From a virus: 64,000 bases of DNA. Below the pieces are notes generated by a model, which saw nothing but the letters and a program-made list of their open reading frames with translations, did not search any database and was not told the origin of the DNA. Location of the stretch: positions 24,222 to 88,221 of IMG/VR virus record IMGVR_UViG_3300045988_113120; one strand, written 5' to 3'. Shown piece after piece: positions 20,034-27,690 of this stretch (positions are counted from its first letter, which is position 1; each line of letters begins with the position of its first letter). A program made the translations under genes and the position numbers.

Positions 20034-20581
20034 GATCTCACCGCCTTTGCCCTATGCATTATTTTTTTAATATTACCAAGTTGCCAACTTACCCATTGAA
20101 TACTCTTTCCAAATTCTTTGGCTATGTATTTATGCTCAATATCATCAAGTAACATATATATAATTTTCTTCTGCTTGTCTGATAATTTGTTAAATTCTCC
20201 TTGATAATATACTGTTGTTAGTGCTTGACTCTCTATGTCATCGTTACTCACAAGCAAACTACCAATTGTTAATTCTTCTGCGTCAACTCTTTCGTCAACA
20301 GGTGCATCCAATGATTCCGCATTTCTGTTCATTTTCTCTGTTGGGCTATGCCATTTTATATAATATTTATTAATTTCTGACTGTAATACCCATCTAAAAT
20401 ACGTCCCAAAATTACCTTTAGACTCATCCCATTTTAATGCTGCTTTGCAAATTGCCATACGACCAAGATCCATATATGTATCAAAATCTTTAAATTTTGT
20501 AAAATACTTCTCATGCAAATGCCAAATCAAAGAATAATTATCTTCAATCAGCTTTCGCTGTTCATCATTTAGTTTCTTCAC
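20030..20581 (-). CDS. Phage-encoded sigma factor, paralog of 13163..13702
   Basis: 183 aa. Its N-terminus (MKKLNDEQRKLIEDNYSLIW...MDLGRMAICKAALKWDESKGNFGTYFRWVLQSEI) aligns with the other sigma factor. A C-terminal HTH is present. Confidence 0.6.
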   Translation of the reverse strand: MKKLNDEQRKLIEDNYSLIWHLHEKYFTKFKDFDTYMDLGRMAICKAALKWDESKGNFGTYFRWVLQSEINKYYIKWHSPTEKMNRNAESLDAPVDERVDAEELTIGSLLVSNDDIESQALTTVYYQGEFNKLSDKQKKIIYMLLDDIEHKYIAKEFGKSIQWVSWQLGNIKKIMHRAKAVRS

Positions 20582-21368
20582 ATTTCTTAGCCTCCTGTTC
20601 TTTAATAAATTGCTCTACTTCATCTGTATAATCTAACCCAAAATAATACTCTGCATGTCTTCCAGGATGAGGCACAATCATATCTATAGCATTTGGGACT
20701 TCTTTGTTTATTTCTTTATAAATATCACCACTGCATTTTAATGTACCCATTACTAAATCATGTATAGAATATTTATTTTTAATACATGGAATTGGAGGGT
20801 CGTTAAACAAGTGGCTAATAAAAGGATGTATGCTTCGTTCATTTCTTGCTTTTATATACGCTTTGTCCATCATATCTTTCATTATATGTATAGCCTTGCA
20901 AACATCTTTACTAGCCAATTCATAAACTAATGCTTTAGTAGATTCATAATATACATCATCTGTATATGTACTATTAGAATATAATTTATAAACTTCATTG
21001 CCATTTGATTTATCAATACATATGTTATCAATAGAAATTTTCTCACCGTTTTTTAATACAATTTCATCACAACACAATATTGCAGGAGATGTAATATGCA
21101 TTGTTTCGATTGGCACATAATCTGTATATTCATACAAATAAGACTGCATAAGTATTTTTAAATTATAATCAAAACAATAATACATTTCATCTAACTCGTC
21201 ACAATTTTTGTATTCTAAAGACTCAATTTCAGCAAACTCATCTCCCAGACAAATACCACGCACTACTTCGAACTTTCTTCTTCTATAAATTTCCACATCG
21301 GCTTCCCAATCTGGATCTCTGTTTTTACTAAAAGCAAGTTCAATTTCTCTTGTATTTTTCCTTGACAT
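20565..21368 (-). CDS. Hypothetical protein
   Basis: 267 aa ORF. Confidence 0.4.
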   Translation of the reverse strand: MSRKNTREIELAFSKNRDPDWEADVEIYRRRKFEVVRGICLGDEFAEIESLEYKNCDELDEMYYCFDYNLKILMQSYLYEYTDYVPIETMHITSPAILCCDEIVLKNGEKISIDNICIDKSNGNEVYKLYSNSTYTDDVYYESTKALVYELASKDVCKAIHIMKDMMDKAYIKARNERSIHPFISHLFNDPPIPCIKNKYSIHDLVMGTLKCSGDIYKEINKEVPNAIDMIVPHPGRHAEYYFGLDYTDEVEQFIKEQEAKKCEETK

Positions 21369-21371
21369 ACA

Positions 21372-22325
21372 TCACACTCCTAATACATATTTATCACATC
21401 TGAACCCAGCTGCATTTGGATGACCGCCACCACCATATTTCACAGCAAGCTCATACACATTTACTTTATCTTGTTCTGCGGATCGTAGCTGATATTCCCA
21501 CATACTTCCATTGAATGAAAAACCGATAAACATATCGTATTTAGAAGCATCAATAGATTCGAAGAAATCAGAATTGATTAACGCTCTGTTGATTGCATAG
21601 ACTTTATGTCCCTCAAATATGGTTTCAAAACCATATGCTCTAAGATATTGTTCTGCATTTGCTGCTAAATACTCAATAATTGATAAGCCATCTGCTATCA
21701 TATCACCAATAATTTTTGCTGCTTCATAAATTCCTTGATCTTTATTTAACGTGTTTAGCAATGGACTTAACGCATCAAAATCATACGATTCAAATGCATA
21801 GTGAAATGCTTTTACGAATTGTTTTGACGTTTCACCAAAATAAAATGTATCCCACATGGCTGTATATTCTGCCAGTTTTGGATAATCTGCTTTATATTTA
21901 TATATATTGAGTAATCTTTTTACATTTTTCTCATCCGTCCTCTCAATTTGCTCCCAATTTTCATCACACATATATTTAAAATATAACCATGTCAAATTCG
22001 CTCCTGAAATACCCGCTCCAGTAATTCTGATTCCTTTTACATCACACTTGAAATCTTTATACGCTTCAATCGTAGACTGATGATGGTCGATCCAAAATAC
22101 ATTCTTTGTAATACTGAGCAACTGCCACATCTCTTCTGGCTCAATACTGTAGTCTACAATAAACACAAATTCATCCTGCTCAATGTCATGAAACGGGAAT
22201 TTCATGCCGTAATTAATTTTTCGGAAGTCTTCTGGTTTAAACTCTAAACCTCGCTGTTCGCAAGCTTTTCTGACATAGAAACCAGATACGATGCCGTCCT
22301 GATCAACATGATAAAAACATTTCAT
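21372..22325 (-). CDS. DHH-DHHA1 phosphoesterase (NrnA/oligoribonuclease-like)
   Basis: 317 aa. DHH motifs: HVDQDG and IDHHQS. The C-terminal DHHA1 motif is GGGGH (KYGGGGHPNAAGF). Confidence 0.6.
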   Translation of the reverse strand: MKCFYHVDQDGIVSGFYVRKACEQRGLEFKPEDFRKINYGMKFPFHDIEQDEFVFIVDYSIEPEEMWQLLSITKNVFWIDHHQSTIEAYKDFKCDVKGIRITGAGISGANLTWLYFKYMCDENWEQIERTDEKNVKRLLNIYKYKADYPKLAEYTAMWDTFYFGETSKQFVKAFHYAFESYDFDALSPLLNTLNKDQGIYEAAKIIGDMIADGLSIIEYLAANAEQYLRAYGFETIFEGHKVYAINRALINSDFFESIDASKYDMFIGFSFNGSMWEYQLRSAEQDKVNVYELAVKYGGGGHPNAAGFRCDKYVLGV

Positions 22326-22331
22326 TCTTCT

Positions 22332-22745
22332 TTACCCCTTTCGTTTATTCATTAAGTTAAGAAAATCTGCAACATCCTGCATAGCATGTACGCCAGAATA
22401 TACTTTAATACGATTTTCTTTCAATAAATTTTCGACTGCTTTTAAACTGTGGCTCATCTGCTTAGATTCTTTATTCTTTTGTTCCTGATAGAGATTAAGA
22501 AAGATCACTTTATCTGGTCGCTTATGAGAATCATCAACTACTTCTGCAATACTGTATACTCCTTTAATACCATTCGTAATGCCATACAGAACATAGTCAG
22601 ATTCTTCTCTTTCCTTGACTTCCCGCAGTCGGTCTTCTTCACTCCAATTTTTTACGATTGGATTATAATAATCACAATCCAACATCTTCTGTAGCTGGTC
22701 TCTCCACTTCCATCCAGAGCATGTTCCGCCTAAAAACACTTTCAT
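22332..22745 (-). CDS. Small nucleoside 2-deoxyribosyltransferase-like protein (tentative)
   Basis: 137 aa beginning VFLGGTCSGWKWRD with a NP...DYVLYGI pattern, reminiscent of the same fold as 17623..18105. Confidence 0.35.
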   Translation of the reverse strand: MKVFLGGTCSGWKWRDQLQKMLDCDYYNPIVKNWSEEDRLREVKEREESDYVLYGITNGIKGVYSIAEVVDDSHKRPDKVIFLNLYQEQKNKESKQMSHSLKAVENLLKENRIKVYSGVHAMQDVADFLNLMNKRKG

Positions 22746-23041
22746 TCTTCTTTCTCCTTCACCTTTGCTTTTGATTGATTTGGCTTTTTAACCGATTCAA
22801 CATATATTTCCCAGTCATCTGCATATACATCTTCCGCAAGAGGTATCCAAACTTCTGCGTTTTCTTTATCAAATAAAAAAATAATTGAATCTGGCTTATA
22901 TTCACCCATATCATTACACTCAAAATAAACATTAGTTAATTCTGACGAATAAATTTTCAAATACTTTTCCTTTCCCCAAATGCCTCTTCTTATAGTAGTT
23001 TTGTCTTTTTTTATTGCGATCATTGCTTTTATAAAATTCAA
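22742..23041 (-). CDS. Hypothetical protein
   Basis: 99 aa ORF with a 4-bp overlap. Confidence 0.4.
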   Translation of the reverse strand: MNFIKAMIAIKKDKTTIRRGIWGKEKYLKIYSSELTNVYFECNDMGEYKPDSIIFLFDKENAEVWIPLAEDVYADDWEIYVESVKKPNQSKAKVKEKEE

Positions 23042-23049
23042 TTAATTAT

Positions 23050-23361
23050 TCACCTCTTCCTTTTACTGTTAAAATCCCATCCTTGCTCAACCCAATCATT
23101 TGCGAAAATATCCTCTTGTGTAGGCAACCATCCCAATGTTATAACTCCATTTTGGTCTCTACATAAGAGTGGTTTCATTTTATATTTTTTATCAAATGGA
23201 ATAATCTCATTTAATTCTTCTTCGCACATCATAAACACATAATCATAAGTTGTTCGTGTCTTCTTCCACGAACTACGACGATACAATTGCCTTGGATTAA
23301 TTTCCATATTTTGCATCATCATTTCAAACGACATTCCTTGTTTCTTTTTTGCCATTGGCAT
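23050..23361 (-). CDS. Hypothetical protein
   Basis: 103 aa ORF. Confidence 0.4.
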   Translation of the reverse strand: MPMAKKKQGMSFEMMMQNMEINPRQLYRRSSWKKTRTTYDYVFMMCEEELNEIIPFDKKYKMKPLLCRDQNGVITLGWLPTQEDIFANDWVEQGWDFNSKRKR

Positions 23362-23666
23362 TATTTCTCCTTTACAATCTTAACTTTATAACCAAGTTCC
23401 TTTTCAATTTCTGCAACCGTCATTTCTTTTGGCGGTGATAAACTCATATTTAAACTATCAATATCAGATTCCATATTCCAAACGCTTCTGTAGATCAATC
23501 GTCCCGTCAAAATACAAATTGCTTTCTTAACTTCGTCTGCCGTCGGTGGATAATGATCTAATGATGAAATAATATGTTTGTAATTTTCTTCATTCAATAA
23601 AACACGTTTAGAATCGAGGGATGTATTCTCTTCTTCCCGTGATTCAATATATAAGAAGTTGTTCAT
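23361..23666 (-). CDS. Hypothetical protein
   Basis: 101 aa ORF with a GGAGAG RBS. Confidence 0.4.
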   Translation of the reverse strand: MNNFLYIESREEENTSLDSKRVLLNEENYKHIISSLDHYPPTADEVKKAICILTGRLIYRSVWNMESDIDSLNMSLSPPKEMTVAEIEKELGYKVKIVKEK

Positions 23667-23833
23667 TATATCTCTCCTTTCTCAATTTCTTCTTTAATAA
23701 TTCTATATGCAAGAGCCTCATCAGACTCTTTGTCATTAATTCCATTTCTTTCTAACAGCCTGTCCAATTCACTGGGACTCAGCCGATCAAAGAATCGTTT
23801 TATCTCTTGTTTTCGTTGTTGTCTCGATTTCAT
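23667..23833 (-). CDS. Small charged helical protein (55 aa), translationally coupled to the downstream gene
   Basis: Minus-strand ORF MKSRQQRKQEIKRFFDRLSPSELDRLLERNGINDKESDEALAYRIIKEEIEKGEI. Its TAA stop overlaps the ATG of the next gene (taATG). It is below the 60-aa cutoff of the ORF track. Confidence 0.35.
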
Positions 23834-23847
23834 TTTTTTTGTTTAAT

Positions 23848-23950
23848 TTCCTTTAATTATGTTATTTTTTATAGTTACCAAACTGTTTCCAGAGTGGGAT
23901 GCGACAACGTAGTAGTTTTGTACCTATGTTATTTTTTATAGTTGTCAAAC
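23848..23950. CRISPR. Mini-array I: 2 x 36-bp repeats (first one degenerate) flanking one 31-bp spacer
   Basis: Repeat at 23915..23950: gttttgtacctatgttattttttatagttgtcaaac. It shares its first 15 and last 6 nt with the repeats of array II. A degenerate copy sits at 23848..23883. Spacer at 23884..23914: tgtttccagagtgggatgcgacaacgtagta. Confidence 0.4.
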
Positions 23951-23988
23951 CCAAAATAACATAAATCCGACAAAATAACATAGATTTT

Positions 23989-24019
23989 AGTGAGTGCCAT
24001 AATAAGCCTCACTTTTGGC
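23989..24019. ncRNA. Conserved hairpin element copy 1 (AGTGAG-loop-CTCACT + TTTTGGCG); candidate tracr/omegaRNA-like scaffold or terminator
   Basis: The 6-bp stem agtgag/ctcact is conserved in three copies, with variable loops of 9-13 nt, and is always followed by ttttggc. It is preceded by inverted partial copies of the repeat core (aaaataacata, twice). Confidence 0.35.
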
Positions 24020-24086
24020 GTACTCAATATTATTTGAGCAGAATATTTTATATATTCCCAAAACACACCAAATATTTTAAAATTTT

Positions 24087-24115
24087 TATTTTATTGAGTT
24101 TATAATGTGAAATCA
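24087..24115 (-). promoter_or_regulatory. Sigma-70-like promoter on the minus strand (TTGATT-17-TAAAAT) reading into the module-I leader and array I
   Basis: On the minus strand, TTGATT is followed by a 17-nt spacer (tcacattataaactcaa) and TAAAAT. Downstream lie the conserved box, the hairpin, the anti-repeat and array I. Confidence 0.4.
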
Positions 24116-24154
24116 AATAAGTACAAACGTTCTTTCTTGTACCTAATACTTCAC

Positions 24155-24256
24155 GTTTTGTACCTATGTAAAACTAAATAGGTATCAAACAGGCTTCTCA
24201 CTGCGAAATATTGATGATGAGTTTTGTACCTATGTAAAACTAAATAGGTATCAAAC
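24155..24256. CRISPR. Mini-array II: 2 identical 36-bp repeats flanking one 30-bp spacer
   Basis: Repeats at 24155..24190 and 24221..24256: gttttgtacctatgtaaaactaaataggtatcaaac, with the internal palindrome tacctat/ataggta. Spacer at 24191..24220: aggcttctcactgcgaaatattgatgatga. Degenerate repeat-like sequence flanks both sides. Confidence 0.5.
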
Positions 24257-24303
24257 CTCAAATTCTTTTGTCCAATTTTTGCTACCTAATTTACATAGAT
24301 TTT

Positions 24304-24333
24304 AGTGAGTATCTTACAATCTCACTTTTGGCA
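24304..24333. ncRNA. Conserved hairpin element copy 2
   Basis: agtgag-tatcttacaat-ctcact followed by tttggca. It is preceded by the segment tacctaatttacatag, which resembles or complements the array II repeat core. Confidence 0.35.
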
Positions 24334-24392
24334 TAGCCACAATTCAGTGACCAGAAATTTTAATTGGAATAAAATTTCCCAAAACATGCCAT

Positions 24393-24497
24393 GTATTTTA
24401 CTTGTGTAATTTAATATGGTTCTAAAACTGAGGCATAGTGGGTAAAAATATTGTAGTTTCAGTTTTGTACTTGTGTAATTTTTAATGGTTCTAAAAC
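24393..24497. CRISPR. Mini-array III: 2 near-identical 36-bp repeats flanking one 33-bp spacer
   Basis: Repeats: gtattttacttgtgtaatttaatatggttctaaaac (24393..24428) and gttttgtacttgtgtaatttttaatggttctaaaac (24462..24497). Spacer at 24429..24461: tgaggcatagtgggtaaaaatattgtagtttca. Both arrays II and III are followed by cctcaaat. Confidence 0.5.
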
Positions 24498-24558
24498 CTC
24501 AAATCTTAATTATGTATACAATACGGAACTTTATGTTCTACTTCATTACACAAATTTT

Positions 24559-24586
24559 AGTGAGTGACTTCTCCTCACTTTTGGCG
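24559..24586. ncRNA. Conserved hairpin element copy 3, adjacent to the 3' end of the nuclease gene
   Basis: agtgag-tgacttctc-ctcact followed by tttggcg. A second hairpin GGAGGGA-gtacggaac-TCCCTCC lies at 24608..24630, between the first hairpin and the nuclease stop codon. Confidence 0.35.
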
Positions 24587-24644
24587 CAACCACTTTATTT
24601 ATGGTTGAGGGAGTACGGAACTCCCTCCAAAACACACCAAATAT

Positions 24645-26276
24645 TTAAGCAGCTTTTTTATTATCATTATTTTTATCATCTTCTAATATAATTCCATAAT
24701 AATCTGCCGCAGCTTGAATCGTTTCTTTTGAACATTTAAATTTATCGTCTGTAAATTGTGTTGACATTGCGATGTTTCTAGCCGCATTATAGTCTGCGTT
24801 TACAGTATATAATTTGTGGCTTTTACAATTAGGATTCTTGCATTTAAATGTTGCCTGATCTTTTCTTTGTTCCTTTTCCCAGTGCCCACAAAAACTACAT
24901 ACTTGGGATGTAAATGACGGGTTGATTTTTCTAACTATGATTCCACATTGTTCTGCTTTATATGTAATATATTGTTGTAGTTTGTAAAAGCTCCAGTTTC
25001 TTAAAACAAATTCGCTTGAGTCATACCCTTTTAAATTTTCTATGTTGATATATTTTGCCCTATGTTTAATTGCGTAATCAACGACTGTTTTACTAACTCG
25101 ATGGCAATATGTATCAACAAAATTCTTTTCTTTTTCTTTTAACCTCTCTAAAGCTAATAATTTTCTTTTCCTTCCATGCCCACCTTTTGCTAATTTTAAA
25201 GCTTTTTGTAACTGCGTATATTCATTTTGAAATTTTGTTCTTCTTGTAACAAGATCATTTCCACTGCCGATATATTGTTTATCGTATTCGTTATTATTTA
25301 AAGCACACACAGCAGGAACAGCAAGTCCTAAATCAACTCCAACAACAGTATTTTCATCTAAATCCATTTTTTGTTTCTGCATTGTTATACTTAAATTCAT
25401 TTCAATTTTATCGTCATCAATGCCAAAGGTACTTCCACCGACTGAATACTCTCCTGTGAAAATCTTGATAATCGTTGAAATTAATTCTGTCTTATTCTTA
25501 TTTTGTTTATGCCCAAAGTTAATTTTGAATTTAGCAATCGTTGGGGAACCATTCTTGCCTAAACACACATATACTGGACATGTAGGTTTACCAATATTCT
25601 TTTTTAATTCTGTTATATCTTTGCAATCTGTAAAAATACCGAAATCCTTATTGGTTAAAGTAAAAGGAGAATCGAATTTGTAATTTGGAACAGAAACTTT
25701 TCCTTCCAATACTCCATCTTTAATTAAATTCTTAATCTTGCTGGTAAACGCTTGTTTGAAATCAGATCCATATCCTGCTAATGGATTATCAATGTCAACA
25801 TTTGTAAAGATACTACCATTCTTATTACCTGCTTTACGATAACACTCTTTTACATTATCACTCACCCATTTATTCTTTTCTGTAAGAGTCGGTAAATTTG
25901 CCACTTCTTCTTGTATCATTTTTGTATATATGTAAGATAGAATATAGTTCTTTCGTCTTGCTTCACTCTCCATTGCCTTTCTTACAATATCGTATGTATA
26001 ATCACTTGCTATTTTATGAGTGTATTCTTTAATTCCATTTTCTTTGAACTCTTCATATTGCTTTTCTAATTCTGCAAGCTGTTGTTTATATCCATCTTTC
26101 CGTTCTGGCTTACTTGTGTTTTTAATCTGTCTTTTTTTAGATTCAATTTTCTTCGGAAAATCCTTTTCTAAAAAAGCATTAACTCTTTTCTTCCATTTAT
26201 CATTGTCGCTTGCAACGGGAATCAAAGTAATCTTCCTTGCGATTGTCATTGTGTTGTCGTCTTGTTTCTTAGCCAT
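24645..26276 (-). CDS. TnpB/Cas12f-like RNA-guided endonuclease (RuvC split domain plus C-terminal zinc finger)
   Basis: 543 aa with RuvC-I (VVGVDLGLAVPAVCA), RuvC-II (YINIENL), a Zn finger (CSFCGHW...CKNPNCKSHKLY) and RuvC-III (NADYNAARNIA). The start overlaps the upstream gene's stop by 4 bp. The stop abuts the repeat/hairpin modules. Confidence 0.8.
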   Translation of the reverse strand: MAKKQDDNTMTIARKITLIPVASDNDKWKKRVNAFLEKDFPKKIESKKRQIKNTSKPERKDGYKQQLAELEKQYEEFKENGIKEYTHKIASDYTYDIVRKAMESEARRKNYILSYIYTKMIQEEVANLPTLTEKNKWVSDNVKECYRKAGNKNGSIFTNVDIDNPLAGYGSDFKQAFTSKIKNLIKDGVLEGKVSVPNYKFDSPFTLTNKDFGIFTDCKDITELKKNIGKPTCPVYVCLGKNGSPTIAKFKINFGHKQNKNKTELISTIIKIFTGEYSVGGSTFGIDDDKIEMNLSITMQKQKMDLDENTVVGVDLGLAVPAVCALNNNEYDKQYIGSGNDLVTRRTKFQNEYTQLQKALKLAKGGHGRKRKLLALERLKEKEKNFVDTYCHRVSKTVVDYAIKHRAKYINIENLKGYDSSEFVLRNWSFYKLQQYITYKAEQCGIIVRKINPSFTSQVCSFCGHWEKEQRKDQATFKCKNPNCKSHKLYTVNADYNAARNIAMSTQFTDDKFKCSKETIQAAADYYGIILEDDKNNDNKKAA

Positions 26277-26278
26277 AT

Positions 26279-26608
26279 CTACTTCACTCCTTTATCTTCC
26301 ATTTCTTCATATAACTCTCTGAATTTTCGAAAATCATCCACACTACCACCATTGTCTGGATGACTTTTCTTCATTGCATACTTCACTGCATCCTTAACAT
26401 CTGAACGAGTTTCTTCCTTATTATATGTACCATTTTCTTTGTCGTTAGTATCTGACATGAACGACATCTTATCTAAGATCAGATTTACATTTTCCTGCCT
26501 CATCCGATCCATCTTTCTTTCGTATCTCAGGAATACAATCACTCCAACGATACAAAACCCAATCGCATAGCCAATGGCAAACTTAATATTAGCTCCCATG
26601 TTAATCAC
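26279..26608 (-). CDS. Membrane-anchored J-domain (DnaJ-like) protein
   Basis: 109 aa. It has an N-terminal TM helix. The C-terminus has an HPD motif in J-domain context (AVKYAMKKSHPDNGGSVDDFRKFRELYEEM). Confidence 0.5.
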   Translation of the reverse strand: MINMGANIKFAIGYAIGFCIVGVIVFLRYERKMDRMRQENVNLILDKMSFMSDTNDKENGTYNKEETRSDVKDAVKYAMKKSHPDNGGSVDDFRKFRELYEEMEDKGVK

Positions 26609-26614
26609 CTCACT

Positions 26615-26941
26615 TTACATAAAACTCAGATTACACATTCTAGTCAGTAATTCTTTTACAATTTCTCTATCTTCGTCTTTAACCTTTTTTGATTTTGTTG
26701 TTGCCATAAACTCTAACCACTCTTTTCTCATTTTCTTTTCGTCATCATTTAAGTGTTCGATTACAATTAATTGCTTAGAATTAAGTTTGTCGTGACTAGA
26801 AATATAGTTATTCCATCCGTCTTTCCAAAACAACTTGTTTGAGATAACTAATGCATATCCCATCAATGTTTCTCCATTTACTATTCTTGATCTAAAACAC
26901 AGGTTTCCATTTTCAATTGGATTATTTCTCATATCTTTCAT
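26615..26941 (-). CDS. Hypothetical protein
   Basis: 108 aa ORF. Confidence 0.4.
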   Translation of the reverse strand: MKDMRNNPIENGNLCFRSRIVNGETLMGYALVISNKLFWKDGWNNYISSHDKLNSKQLIVIEHLNDDEKKMRKEWLEFMATTKSKKVKDEDREIVKELLTRMCNLSFM

Positions 26942-27120
26942 TCATTATCACCTTCTTCTGGTCTTAACATAATTCCAAGACCTGTGCACATACCTGTAAG
27001 TTTCTTGTCCATTGCCTTGATTCTTTTGTAGTTGTAATATGTCATATATGGTACTCCAACGCCAATTGCTACGATTACCATAAACGCCAATACCCAAATT
27101 ATGTAAAACAAAACGTCCAT
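26938..27120 (-). CDS. Small membrane protein
   Basis: 60 aa with an N-terminal TM helix and a 4-bp overlap with its neighbour. Confidence 0.4.
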   Translation of the reverse strand: MDVLFYIIWVLAFMVIVAIGVGVPYMTYYNYKRIKAMDKKLTGMCTGLGIMLRPEEGDNE

Positions 27121-27143
27121 TTTATCTTTCTCCTTTTCTACTA

Positions 27144-27464
27144 CTATCTCCTAAAATCGAACCACCATACTGTGTAAAAATTCTTCTGAAAATATGTATC
27201 GTCTCCGTCATCAAGTTCTTTAAAATATTTTCTGCCTCGTTCTTTAACATCGTCTTCATTGAAATAACTATATGCCCATGCAGGAATTGTGTAAGATTCC
27301 TTATCTTCTAAGCAGAGATTCAACAAATCTTTGATCATCATCTGCAATTCTTCTTCATCATATCCCTGCGTCATTACATCAAAATATGGGATATATGCCA
27401 TATATGGAACTGAGTCATTTTCATCTTTCAGAACTACGACAGGAAATGTTAGATTGTAATTCAT
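27144..27464 (-). CDS. Hypothetical protein
   Basis: 106 aa ORF. Confidence 0.4.
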   Translation of the reverse strand: MNYNLTFPVVVLKDENDSVPYMAYIPYFDVMTQGYDEEELQMMIKDLLNLCLEDKESYTIPAWAYSYFNEDDVKERGRKYFKELDDGDDTYFQKNFYTVWWFDFRR

Positions 27465-27468
27465 GTTT

Positions 27469-27690
27469 TTAATCCTCTTTTTTACTGGGCTTCTTATGTT
27501 TCTTTTTGTATGGTGTACAATAATCGGATGAGACCCATCGCCAACAATTTTTTCTATAAATTAAAAAATCTGCATAATGTTCGAATTTGTAACCTTTCGT
27601 ATATCTATCTGAGCATACCCCATACACTTTGTATGGCTTACCTTTATATAAAACTTTCATACTATTCATCCACCTCACAATCAACATCAA
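27469..27690 (-). CDS. Small basic hypothetical protein
   Basis: 73 aa with a Lys-rich C-terminus. Confidence 0.35.
   Translation of the reverse strand: MMLIVRWMNSMKVLYKGKPYKVYGVCSDRYTKGYKFEHYADFLIYRKNCWRWVSSDYCTPYKKKHKKPSKKED

Noticed and set aside
23848-24500. Interpretation of the 36-bp repeats as replication-origin iterons
   Set aside because: Not fully excluded. However, the repeats come in pairs separated by unique 30-33-bp spacers, they differ between modules, and they sit next to a RuvC nuclease gene far from the replication genes. This fits guide arrays better than iterons.
23848-26276. Interpretation of the TnpB-like gene plus hairpins as an intact IS200/IS605 (IS1341-like) insertion sequence
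   Set aside because: The gene start overlaps the stop of the upstream phage gene by 4 bp. There is no TnpA and no left-end palindrome. The three hairpin copies all lie on one side of the gene. It looks domesticated rather than mobile.
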